A stretch of DNA of 54,638 bases from a virus (lineage: Duplodnaviria; Caudoviricetes). Each line of letters opens with the position of its first letter. The first letter of the stretch is position 1. The stretch covers positions 1 through 54,638 of the IMG/VR virus record IMGVR_UViG_3300029817_000033. One strand, 5' to 3'. Under the pieces are notes generated by a model. It made no database searches. It was not told the origin of the DNA and was given only the letters and a program-made list of their open reading frames with translations. The position numbers were made by a program, and so were the translations under genes. Positions 35,936 through 44,280 of the stretch are shown one piece after another.

Positions 35936-38413
35936 CTACGATGCGCGGGCGCCGCAGATCGGGCACTCCTCGCCGGGCTGGCTCTCGCGAGCCAGCGGGG
36001 CCTTGCAGGTCTGGCAGATCGGGTCGGAGTCGGTGACTCGCTCAGGGGCCAGCGTCTCGAACTCGGCTTCGATCTCGACGTCGTCCTCCGGCGCCGGAGC
36101 TGCGTCGCCGAGCACGAAGGCCAGAGCGCCGCAGATCGAGTCGTCCAGGTGGCGGCGCGCTCTCGTGGCCGCGACGTAGAGGAGCCGAAGCTCGCTCGGC
36201 GAGGGCTCCCCGCCATCCTTCGGCGTCGAGAAGTCGCTGCCGAGCCGAACGACGTCCCACTCCCGGCCCTTGGCCTTGTGGGCGGTCGATACAACGATGT
36301 CGGCGTCCTCCTCCTTGGCGGTGGAGTTGACCAGGTCGATGATCGTCTGCGCCCCGTACTCGTCGATGATCTTGACCATCAGCCGCAGCTCGTCGCCGTT
36401 CGGATCGAGGTCGGCGTAGTCGCGAACCTCGGTCCAGGTGGCGAAGCACGCCAGCTCCGGGTGCTCCGTGCGCCTCGGTGGCGTCGCCTGGAGATCGAGA
36501 GCAGCTCGGCAGAAGGAGGCGATGTCGCTCCCGCCGCCCATCAGGTGCACTCGGCGGCCTCGGCCGACCTCTCGGAGAGCGAAGTCGATGGCTCCGGCGT
36601 TCGTGCGGCTGAGGTACGCCTTCGGGTCGTCGTGCGGTCCGACGGCGCTCTCGTAGGGGGCTCTGCCGGTGAGCCGAAGCTCAGCTCCGGGGATGCGGGC
36701 CAGGATGACGTTCGCCACGTCGGCGATCGGCTGGCCGAAGCGGAAGCTGTTGGTCAGGAAGGTGCGGTTCCCGTCGACGCTGGCGAGGGCGTTGACTGCG
36801 CCGCGCCAGTCGTAGATCTGCTGGCAGTTGTGCGTCACGATCCCGTCGGCGACATAGGTGTGGTCATCCTCAACCCTCATGGAGTAGACGGTGCCAGCAA
36901 AGAACGGGGAACGGTAGCTCCCGGCGTTCTCGATACGGCTCCAATGGCGCTCGCCTTCGCCGCCCCTCTTCGCTGCTTCATCCGGAGTTAGAACGCTCAT
37001 GCCGTCCATGATGTTGCAGGCTCGGGTCACGAGCGCGCGCCGCAACATCAGGTTCCCGTTCGAAGGGTCCCACAGTGGGAACCTGATGTCCCTGCCATCC
37101 TCCGCCAGCGCCTTAGCGGCCCGGTTGCTGTTGTCGCCTACCATCTCCCAGAACGTCCGCACGTCCACGAGATGCGTGAGCGTCGGCTCGAATGTCCAGG
37201 TCGGGATCCCGAACTCGTGTGCTGTAAAGGCTTCCGCGAGTGCAGCCCCATCAGCTGAACTCCACATCGACAGAATCCACAGGGCGTCCGCCCCTTCTGC
37301 CTGCGCTCGAAGGACAGGACCGAATCCTCGGCCGTAGTGCGCCTGGCAGCGTCCGATGCGGTACTGACTGCCACGGCGCATCATGTAGACAAGGTGTTGA
37401 TTATCGAATGCGCCACGCAGGCGCACGATGACTCGATGATCGGGCGTATACCGAGTCACGCGACCAGCCGCCTTCACGACAACCAGGTCACCCCTGTACG
37501 GACGCTCGGAGACGCCTAGAACCTTCTTGCCTCGCAGATGCAGGTAAGAACGGGCTACGTCATATGCGACCACTACGTCACCAGCCTGAATCTGTTCGAT
37601 GGGTCGCTCCTCAATCACCGTGGCCTGTTGGCCCGATCCGGCGGTAATCACTACCTGTACCATCGTCCCGGCAGGTTGGCAGCTGTCGCCGACGAAGACG
37701 ACTTGGCACTGCTGCTGGGAGACGATCGAGAGCATCACCGGGTCGGCGTCCTGGGCCTCGTCGAAGAGGATGAAGTCGACCGGGATGACCGGGTGGTTCA
37801 GCTCCCAGAGCTTGAGGTAGCAGTCGTGCGTGAACGGCAGCGAGCCGTGAGGGTTCGCGAGGTCGTCCCATGCTGCGACCAGAGCTGGAGCGAGCGCTCG
37901 ACGAACCTCTCGGTTGTTCGACCAGCCCCGGCGACCTTCGAGCGGGGCGTCGATGCCGTCGATGTAGGGCACGTGGTCGATCGAGATGACCCGGTCGGCC
38001 GAGTGCGAGAAGTTGCGGGTCGCCTTGATGACGAGCCCGGCGAGGTAGCCCGGCGAGAGCCGCCGAGCCGCCCCGTCGACCTGGATCGTGAGCGGGTCGA
38101 TGCGGAGGCGCCGAGCGATCTCGTCGCCCCGCATGCGGACGGTCGGGAGGCGGTGCTTGTAGCGCACGCCGGTCGACCGGAAGGCCAGCGAGTGAGCCGT
38201 CGAGGCGTTCACGTTCGCTGGCATCTTGGCTTTGGCGTCCTCGACGATCGACTTGTTGAAAGCGACGTACTGGCCGCGCTTCGAGGTCGACTCGGCGATG
38301 GCGATGAGCGTCGAGGTCTTGCCGGTCCCGGCTCCGGCCTCGATCGCGAGAGAGGCGCCGGTCGCGAACAGGCGAACGGCGTCCCTCTGCTCTGCGGTGA
38401 GTTCGTGGCTCAC
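35936..38413 (-). CDS. UvrD/Rep-like SF1 helicase containing an intein
   Basis: AGAGTGKT, DEAQD, GDS|QQIY, SFRFG, STAHKAKGREW and LYVAATRAR motifs. Confidence 0.95.
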   Translation of the reverse strand: MSHELTAEQRDAVRLFATGASLAIEAGAGTGKTSTLIAIAESTSKRGQYVAFNKSIVEDAKAKMPANVNASTAHSLAFRSTGVRYKHRLPTVRMRGDEIARRLRIDPLTIQVDGAARRLSPGYLAGLVIKATRNFSHSADRVISIDHVPYIDGIDAPLEGRRGWSNNREVRRALAPALVAAWDDLANPHGSLPFTHDCYLKLWELNHPVIPVDFILFDEAQDADPVMLSIVSQQQCQVVFVGDSCQPAGTMVQVVITAGSGQQATVIEERPIEQIQAGDVVVAYDVARSYLHLRGKKVLGVSERPYRGDLVVVKAAGRVTRYTPDHRVIVRLRGAFDNQHLVYMMRRGSQYRIGRCQAHYGRGFGPVLRAQAEGADALWILSMWSSADGAALAEAFTAHEFGIPTWTFEPTLTHLVDVRTFWEMVGDNSNRAAKALAEDGRDIRFPLWDPSNGNLMLRRALVTRACNIMDGMSVLTPDEAAKRGGEGERHWSRIENAGSYRSPFFAGTVYSMRVEDDHTYVADGIVTHNCQQIYDWRGAVNALASVDGNRTFLTNSFRFGQPIADVANVILARIPGAELRLTGRAPYESAVGPHDDPKAYLSRTNAGAIDFALREVGRGRRVHLMGGGSDIASFCRAALDLQATPPRRTEHPELACFATWTEVRDYADLDPNGDELRLMVKIIDEYGAQTIIDLVNSTAKEEDADIVVSTAHKAKGREWDVVRLGSDFSTPKDGGEPSPSELRLLYVAATRARRHLDDSICGALAFVLGDAAPAPEDDVEIEAEFETLAPERVTDSDPICQTCKAPLARESQPGEECPICGARAS
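36827..37681 (-). mobile_element. Intein (285 aa) in helicase motif III
   Basis: Starts CQPAGT, block B TPDH, ends YVADGIVTHN followed by Cys; visibly lower GC than flanks. Confidence 0.93.
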
Positions 38414-38553
38414 GAGTGGGCCTCGATCTCGTCGTACTCAGCGTCGGCCTCAGCGACCTGGAGCGCCAGCTCGTACTCGCCACGGAGGACGAGGAGCTGG
38501 ACGGCGTTCGGTCGCCGGAGGATCGAGCTGAGTTCCTTCGCTGCGATGGCCAT
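38410..38553 (-). CDS. 47-aa hypothetical protein
   Basis: Extended RBS; GTGA overlap with the helicase start. Confidence 0.6.
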   Translation of the reverse strand: MAIAAKELSSILRRPNAVQLLVLRGEYELALQVAEADAEYDEIEAHS

Positions 38554-38579
38554 GTGGCTTCTCCTTCCAAGAGTTGATG

Positions 38580-38622
38580 CGCCAAGGTTAGCAGATGCCG
38601 TCGAGAAAGTCTAGACGGCGGG
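38580..38622 (-). promoter_or_regulatory. 43-bp repeat copy A: TAGACT-17bp-TAACCT promoter with overlapping palindrome
   Basis: Identical to 40917-40959. Confidence 0.8.
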
Positions 38623-38859
38623 GTCCTCCGAGCTGGCCGGAGCTGGCAGCCGCCCCGTCTCTCGCGCCCAGGTCTCGATGTCGCTCCAGTCCCACGCCGG
38701 GCGACCTCCAACGGTCCAGCGCTGCTTCGGGAACGTCGTCCCGATGTAGCGCCACTGGTCGGCGGTCTGACGCTTGACGCCCAGGCGCTCGGCGATCTCG
38801 ACGAGACCGACCGGCTCGGCGTGGTTGAGGCAGCAGCGGCCTTCGAAGCAGCGGGTCAT
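38611..38859 (-). CDS. AlpA/excisionase-like HTH protein
   Basis: VGLVEIAERLGVKRQTADQW...FP...W..SDIETW. Confidence 0.8.
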   Translation of the reverse strand: MTRCFEGRCCLNHAEPVGLVEIAERLGVKRQTADQWRYIGTTFPKQRWTVGGRPAWDWSDIETWARETGRLPAPASSEDPAV

Positions 38860-39914
38860 GACTGGTCCTCCTCAGGGTCGTCCAGGTGCATCAGGAACGA
38901 GGCGACGTCGTCCCAGCGGCGGGAAGCCTCGACGAGAACCTCTCGGTCGGACGCCTCGATGCTCACGGCCTCCTCCCAGAGGTCGGCGTCCCGGCACTCC
39001 TCGATCTCGTCGCGGATGAGGTCGACCATCGTCGCCGGTTCGAGGGCGTCCAGCTCCCAGCACTCCTCGCCGTACTCGGCGAGGTAGCCAGCGGAGCGGC
39101 TGTCGGTGAGCTTCGTCGGGTTGGGCGGCGGGTTGTACTCGTCGACCTGGTCCATGTTGAGGGCGATCCGCTTGATCTGGAGCGCCGGTCGGCCGTCGCA
39201 GTCGGCGTCCATCGACTCCCACAGCTCGCGGCGAGAGACCACGAACTCGCCCTCGTCGTTCTCGTGGCCGAGCCCTCTCGCCTCCATGTTCTCGCTGCGG
39301 GCGTTGAAGTAGTCCCGCTCGATGAACAGCTCCAGGCGGTCCCGGATGTCGCGAGTCATGTCGATGCCGCTCGGATCGTGGTCGCCCAGGTGGAGGATCA
39401 CGACAGACTGCCCTCCGGCGATGTAGCTGCCGAGCCGCTGAGCAGCTCCCCAGACCTCCGACTGGCTCGTGTAGCCACGGCAGGAGAAGTAGGGGACGTC
39501 CTCAGCGGGGCAGATGGCTTCGAGGACGCCGATCAGGGCGTCCTTCTCGATCCAGACTTCGACTCGGTTGGGTTGGCTGGCCCACTTGTCGGTACGGAAC
39601 GAGCGCGCGGCCGAGGCCACCCGAGCACTCAGGTCGTCCCAGTGCTGGAGGTCTCGCAGCTCGCGAGTGCGGTCGACGATGAAGTCCCAGTCGAGAGCCC
39701 CGGCCAGCCGAGCATCGTTGATGATCGAGCCGAGCCGGGAGTACTCGCTTTGGCGGTTCGGGATGAACCCCCGCGAGACGAACTGGTAGTAGAGCTGGCG
39801 AAGCGTCAGATCGAGCCCTTGCGCCTGGTAGGCGCGGCAGATCCGGTTCGCCTGCGTGATGACGTCGAGGGTCGCTGGAGAGAACTTCTTGGGGGTGTAG
39901 CAGATGCGCGTCAC
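38856..39914 (-). CDS. Toprim protein (Topo VI-A/Spo11/DUF2399-like)
   Basis: TLRQLYYQ, EVWIEKDAL, RGY.S, GDHDPSG and ELDAL motifs. Confidence 0.85.
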   Translation of the reverse strand: MTRICYTPKKFSPATLDVITQANRICRAYQAQGLDLTLRQLYYQFVSRGFIPNRQSEYSRLGSIINDARLAGALDWDFIVDRTRELRDLQHWDDLSARVASAARSFRTDKWASQPNRVEVWIEKDALIGVLEAICPAEDVPYFSCRGYTSQSEVWGAAQRLGSYIAGGQSVVILHLGDHDPSGIDMTRDIRDRLELFIERDYFNARSENMEARGLGHENDEGEFVVSRRELWESMDADCDGRPALQIKRIALNMDQVDEYNPPPNPTKLTDSRSAGYLAEYGEECWELDALEPATMVDLIRDEIEECRDADLWEEAVSIEASDREVLVEASRRWDDVASFLMHLDDPEEDQS

Positions 39915-40168
39915 CGGCCTCCCTCCTTGATCCAGGTGTCAACGACGAAGCCGCCGCACTTCCGCGCTGCGGCCTCGGCGCTGGCGAGGTTGTCGCTCCG
40001 GCGCTCGACCCAGCCGCCCGAGCGGCTCACCGCGAGGTAGCGGCGCATGGAGGTCGTCCGGAGGATGCGGGCCGGGTCAAGCAGCCCGCCCGGGTAGTTG
40101 GGCAGCCGGAAGGTCACGACTCGCGTCGTCACCGTCCGGCGCACTTCGAGGGCTTGGATCGTGGTCAC
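39911..40168 (-). CDS. Hypothetical protein
   Basis: GTGA coupling. Confidence 0.55.
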   Translation of the reverse strand: MTTIQALEVRRTVTTRVVTFRLPNYPGGLLDPARILRTTSMRRYLAVSRSGGWVERRSDNLASAEAAARKCGGFVVDTWIKEGGR

Positions 40169-40392
40169 TGGACGGCCCTCGCTCCCTCAGCCGTGAGGCG
40201 GTAGTAGACGCCCTGGCCGGTGCTGTAGCCGTTGCCGTAGACCCGTCGGACCAGGCCGAGCCGGACGAGCGCCCCCGCCGTCCGGGTGACTCCGTTGACC
40301 GGAGCGCCCAGCTCCCGAGCCAGGTGCTTCGGAGAGACCAGCCCTTTCGCCTCAGCGATGACGGCGAGGGCCCTCTTCATCTGGGCGGTCAT
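40165..40392 (-). CDS. Winged-helix (MarR-like) small protein
   Basis: SPKHLARELG....V......LVRLGLV.R...YRLTAEG. Confidence 0.7.
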   Translation of the reverse strand: MTAQMKRALAVIAEAKGLVSPKHLARELGAPVNGVTRTAGALVRLGLVRRVYGNGYSTGQGVYYRLTAEGARAVQ

Positions 40393-40694
40393 CACTTCCA
40401 CCCGAGAGCGCGAGCGGCGGCGCCGGGCAGGTAGCCGATCTGCTCGCCCTCGGCGATGTAGACGACAGGAGGCTCGTCGATGAGATCGGGCAGCTCGGGG
40501 CGCTTCTCATCGCAGCCCTCCTCGTCGTGCTCGTCCCAGTCGATCCCGCATTCCGAGCAAGAGGTCTGCTCGCCAGCGGAGTCGGCGACGGTCTCGATCG
40601 AGTACTCGAAGGGCCACGAGGGCTGGTGCGCGAGGCGAACCTCGGCGTCCTCGGGGAAGTCTTCGAGCAGTTCCAGAAGCTCGCCGACGGTCAT
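40392..40694 (-). CDS. Hypothetical protein with Cys-containing insert
   Basis: MTVGELLELLED...VRLAHQPSWPFEY; CSEC..H..C. Confidence 0.7.
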   Translation of the reverse strand: MTVGELLELLEDFPEDAEVRLAHQPSWPFEYSIETVADSAGEQTSCSECGIDWDEHDEEGCDEKRPELPDLIDEPPVVYIAEGEQIGYLPGAAARALGWK

Positions 40695-40758
40695 CGGAGG
40701 GCTCCCCAGTGGGGCCAGTTAACAGCGGACATTGTCGCTCTCCTTCCAAGAGTCAGAG

Positions 40759-40914
40759 TCACTGGGCGTCCTTCGCTGCCCAGTAGGCATCCCAGGTAGC
40801 TTGCCAGCTCTCGCCGATGGCATCGGCGACGTTCTCGACAGCGTCGTTCGTGCTCAGCCCGTACTCGACGGTCTGACGCTCGACTTCCTCGATGAGGCTC
40901 CTGCTGTCGATCAC
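40759..40914 (-). CDS. 51-aa probable leaderless protein
   Basis: GTG 7 nt after TAACCT; MIDSRSLIEEVERQ...WDAYWAAKDAQ (manual translation). Confidence 0.55.
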   Translation of the reverse strand: MIDSRSLIEEVERQTVEYGLSTNDAVENVADAIGESWQATWDAYWAAKDAQ

Positions 40915-40916
40915 GC

Positions 40917-40959
40917 CGCCAAGGTTAGCAGATGCCGTCGAGAAAGTCTAGACGGCGGG
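40917..40959 (-). promoter_or_regulatory. 43-bp repeat copy B (promoter/operator)
   Basis: Identical to 38580-38622. Confidence 0.8.
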
Positions 40960-41295
40960 AGCGGCGTCCTCCCTGGTCACGACCCTGGGCGTGCCTCTGC
41001 CGTCGACGACGGCGATGAGGTCGGTGGCGATCGCCAGAGCGTCGACGTCGCCACAGGTGAAGACGTCGATGTAGGCACGAGCGAACTCCGGCCAGGTGTG
41101 GATCGAGGCGTGCGACTCGGCGAGGATGGCGAGCACCGTCACGCCCTGGGGCTTGAACTGGTGCGAGAGCGCCCGGATGACGTGAGCGCCGTGCTCCTCG
41201 CAGACCTCCGGCAGCTGAGCCAGCAGCCAGCACTCGTCGTCGAGCAGTTCGACATCGGCCTCGGTGACGTCGACGACAACGTGGCGAAGGGTCAC
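40948..41295 (-). CDS. speD: S-adenosylmethionine decarboxylase proenzyme
   Basis: HQFKPQGVT...LAESHASIHTWPE...IDVFTCG; E-S autocleavage site of pyruvoyl enzymes. Confidence 0.92.
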   Translation of the reverse strand: MTLRHVVVDVTEADVELLDDECWLLAQLPEVCEEHGAHVIRALSHQFKPQGVTVLAILAESHASIHTWPEFARAYIDVFTCGDVDALAIATDLIAVVDGRGTPRVVTREDAAPAV

Positions 41296-42260
41296 GGCCG
41301 GAAGACGAGTAGGTACTCGTGGATGCGAGGGGCGACCCGCGAGCGGTTCTTCTGGACGGCGAAGAGGCGGTTGATCCCGGTGAGGATGCCGTCGGTGACC
41401 CAGATGTCGTGCAGCGAGTAGCCAGCCTCCCGCATCAGGTCGATCGTATCCGCGTGGTAGGGGACGAGCTTGCCGTCCCGGTGCCAGTCGCCGACGTTGA
41501 TGACGAGGAAGGCGCCGTCCTTGAACTTCGGGTGCCAGGCTCGGGCGACCTCGGTCATGCCCTCGATGAACTCCTCGTAGGTCTTGCCGGTGCCGAGCTG
41601 CTCCGGCTCCGGCCCGTAGAACTCGATGTCCCAGTAGGGGGGCGAGTAGAAGGAGAAGTCGCCGATCCCGTCGGGCACCCAGTCGGCATTGCGCGAGTCC
41701 TGGCAGCGGACCTCGACGTGCAGCTCGGACGGGACCGCCAGCTTCTCCAGCACGTTGTTCGTGTAGGCGACGTACTCTTCGCAGCAGTCAGAGCCCCAGT
41801 AGTGGAGCCCCCGCACGACGGCGACCTGCATCTGGATGCCCTGGGCCGAGAAGGGATCGAGGTAGACCTGGCCGGGCTCGGCGTAGTACTTGATGGCGAA
41901 GTCCACCAGCTCGGCGGGCATGAAGCTCACCGAGCGCCGGTCCTTCTGCGACATCAGACCGCCGAGTATCCCCGTGAGCCCGCGCTCGCGGCGCCGCTTG
42001 GCCTTGGCTGCGGCCTCGGGAGACTTGGCCGACTCCTCCCAGAGCCGACTCGCCTTGTTGGGCATCGATCCACCCGGCCGCTCGGCGAGCAGGTTGTACA
42101 TCGAGCGCGAGAGCTGGCCGCGCGAGAGCCGGAGGATCGAGACCGGGATGAAGCCGAAGCGCTGGAGCATCTCGCGACGCTCGATCTGGCCCTTGGCGAC
42201 CGCCTCGGTGAGCTCCTCGTCGGCCTTGGCCGACAGGTCTGGCTTCTCGGCGCCGGTCAT
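41292..42260 (-). CDS. Amino-methyltransferase-like protein with atypical motif I
   Basis: YLDPFSAQG (motif I) precedes FYSPPY (motif IV); C-terminal HEYLLVF. Confidence 0.85.
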   Translation of the reverse strand: MTGAEKPDLSAKADEELTEAVAKGQIERREMLQRFGFIPVSILRLSRGQLSRSMYNLLAERPGGSMPNKASRLWEESAKSPEAAAKAKRRRERGLTGILGGLMSQKDRRSVSFMPAELVDFAIKYYAEPGQVYLDPFSAQGIQMQVAVVRGLHYWGSDCCEEYVAYTNNVLEKLAVPSELHVEVRCQDSRNADWVPDGIGDFSFYSPPYWDIEFYGPEPEQLGTGKTYEEFIEGMTEVARAWHPKFKDGAFLVINVGDWHRDGKLVPYHADTIDLMREAGYSLHDIWVTDGILTGINRLFAVQKNRSRVAPRIHEYLLVFRP

Positions 42261-42892
42261 AGCCCAAGCCACTTTCTCAGCACGGAGTCCAGCATCTCGC
42301 CCTTCTCTCTCTTGCCCTCGTAGACGGCCTTGAAGCTCTCGAAGACGGCCACCGAGACCCGGCCCTGGTACTCGCCGAAGGTGAACGGCAGATCCTCGCT
42401 CGGCACCGGCTGGCTGCCGGGCAGCGGCGGCTCGTTCTCTCGCATCGCTAGTTCGTTGAGCAGGCGCTCCAGGTCGCCGGAGTCGAAGCCGGTGCCCTCC
42501 AACCCGCGCGTCTCCTCCAGATCGAGCAGCACCCGAGCCAGCGTGTCGTCCTTCCAGAGCCCCTCCCCGACACGGTTGAGCGCCAGCGCCATCGCGTCGG
42601 CGTGAGCGTCGTCCCTCGACTCGACGCCCACCTGGACGGGCACGAGCCAACGGCCATCGTCGTCCAGCTCGACGTTCTCGGGTGGGGCGGCTCCGCTGTC
42701 TCGGAGCGCCAGCAGCGTCTCGATCCGGCCATGTCCGGCCAGCAGGCGCCCCGTCCGGTCGTCTCGCACGATCGCCTGGACGTAGCCGAACTGCTCGAAG
42801 CTCACGGCCGTCAGCTCGTTGTCGTGGTCCTTGGCGTTCACGAGCGCCAGCTCGACGTCCTCTAGAGGCAGGTACTCGATCGCGAGCGCCAT
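42257..42892 (-). CDS. ParB/Srx-like domain protein
   Basis: NAKDH..S..FG...LLAGHGR...LALNR...W...TGF. Confidence 0.85.
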   Translation of the reverse strand: MALAIEYLPLEDVELALVNAKDHDNELTAVSFEQFGYVQAIVRDDRTGRLLAGHGRIETLLALRDSGAAPPENVELDDDGRWLVPVQVGVESRDDAHADAMALALNRVGEGLWKDDTLARVLLDLEETRGLEGTGFDSGDLERLLNELAMRENEPPLPGSQPVPSEDLPFTFGEYQGRVSVAVFESFKAVYEGKREKGEMLDSVLRKWLGL

Positions 42893-43104
42893 CAGCCCAC
42901 CCTCTCCTTCTTGAGGTCGAAGAAGACCGTCATCCCATCGACTCGCGAGGCTCGGCCCAGCTCGGCCTTCGATGAGTCTCCGGCAGCGATCCGCTCCCGC
43001 CAGAGCGAGCGCCGGAGGGCGAGGATGTCGCGCTCGATCGCTCTCGTCTCGTCGAGGGTGTCGGCCAGCCGAGCGAGCTTGGCGAGCGCCTCGGCCTTCT
43101 CCAT
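42892..43104 (-). CDS. Small HTH-like protein
   Basis: SKAELGRASRV; TGATG coupling. Confidence 0.55.
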   Translation of the reverse strand: MEKAEALAKLARLADTLDETRAIERDILALRRSLWRERIAAGDSSKAELGRASRVDGMTVFFDLKKERVG

Positions 43105-43581
43105 CTACTTCTCGCCTGCTCCTTCGTCATCGCGCACGCCCGGCCGGATCTCCCGGACCTTGTTCTTGGCGTCGTCGACGCGCTGGTCAAGCACGCCCTC
43201 CGGGTCGGGGAGCGTGAGCTGCCCTGTCTTCTTGAACTCGCGCTGATGGGCGACGCGCTCGGCCATCGCGTGCACGACCGGGCCGACGAGGTCCTCGTCG
43301 ATGAACGTCCCGGCGACCGCCTCGAAGTTCTGGACGAACTCGTAGCCGATGGCCTTGCCGTCGCCGTCCCGGACGATGACGTAGTTCTCGCCCTTCTTGA
43401 CCAGCTTGCCGACGACGAAGACCGCCTTGTCGGCAGGGACGTCTCGGGGCTCGATCTCGGCGACCTCGGTGAGCCGGTCGCTCAGCTTCGCCTCGACGAT
43501 CTTCCGGCCCATGATCGGCTTCCGCTTGTAGGTCTCGACGGGCGGGGCGGCCTCCGTCTCGTCGGGCTGGCTCCGTGCCAT
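43105..43581 (-). CDS. Hypothetical protein
   Basis: GAAGGGAG RBS; upstream conserved motif. Confidence 0.65.
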   Translation of the reverse strand: MARSQPDETEAAPPVETYKRKPIMGRKIVEAKLSDRLTEVAEIEPRDVPADKAVFVVGKLVKKGENYVIVRDGDGKAIGYEFVQNFEAVAGTFIDEDLVGPVVHAMAERVAHQREFKKTGQLTLPDPEGVLDQRVDDAKNKVREIRPGVRDDEGAGEK

Positions 43582-43612
43582 GTGGTGCTCCCTTCGCTAG
43601 TGGACTTTGACT

Positions 43613-44044
43613 CTATCGCTTCGTGGTCTTGCCTGTCGGGTTCTTCTGCGCCCAGTCGAGTAGCGCTGCGCTCCAGCCGTAGCGCTGGGGGGCGTCGAGC
43701 GGCCGGGCGATCCAGTTGGCGATCATCTGCCAGTCGTCCGTCGGCTGCAAGAGCCAGCAGCGGTTCGTGGGGCACGCTCCGGCGAAGAAGTCGAGCACGA
43801 TCACCTGAGCGGCTGAGATGGCGGTGTGGGGGCCTTTGACCTCGATCCAGAGCGTGCAGCCGTGCCCGACGGCCATGATGTCCGGCAGCCCCTTGAGCGT
43901 CGTCGACGTGAGCCAGCGGCCGTCGCTGGTCTTCATGCGGAAGACGTAGTTCACGAGGTAGCCGAACTTCTTGAGGCCGGGGATCAGCACCTCCTTCTGG
44001 AAGGTGGACTCCCCGACCTGCGAGCGCAGCTCGAACAGACTCAT
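43613..44044 (-). CDS. VRR-NUC-like PD-(D/E)xK nuclease
   Basis: E..FQ, GLPDI, WIEVK and S..Q motifs. Confidence 0.85.
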   Translation of the reverse strand: MSLFELRSQVGESTFQKEVLIPGLKKFGYLVNYVFRMKTSDGRWLTSTTLKGLPDIMAVGHGCTLWIEVKGPHTAISAAQVIVLDFFAGACPTNRCWLLQPTDDWQMIANWIARPLDAPQRYGWSAALLDWAQKNPTGKTTKR

Positions 44045-44280
44045 GGCGTCGGCTTCACCCCTCTCGTGTCGAAGCCCTCGCCGAGCACGAAGTGCTGGCA
44101 GGGGCAGAGGTCGCAACGTGCGAAGCATGAGTAGTGGCGCCACCGGGCGTGCGTACAGGTGCACCGAGGGCTCGGCCACGGCGGCGCCGTCATCTTGTGG
44201 GGGACGGGTGGCTGCCGAGCTGGCCGGTCCCGCCAGGGACTCCCGACGGGAGGGGCCGAGCTGCGGCCCGGCTTCGTCAT
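44041..44280 (-). CDS. Small Cys/His zinc-binding protein
   Basis: CTCTH....H...CDLCPCQHF; ATGA coupling. Confidence 0.55.
   Translation of the reverse strand: MTKPGRSSAPPVGSPWRDRPARQPPVPHKMTAPPWPSPRCTCTHARWRHYSCFARCDLCPCQHFVLGEGFDTRGVKPTP

Noticed and set aside
38611-38859. Excisionase implying an integration module
   Set aside because: No tyrosine or serine integrase is recognisable in the genome.
42257-42892. ParB-like gene as a plasmid partition system
   Set aside because: No ParA and no evident parS-binding HTH; context is the MTase-associated type.
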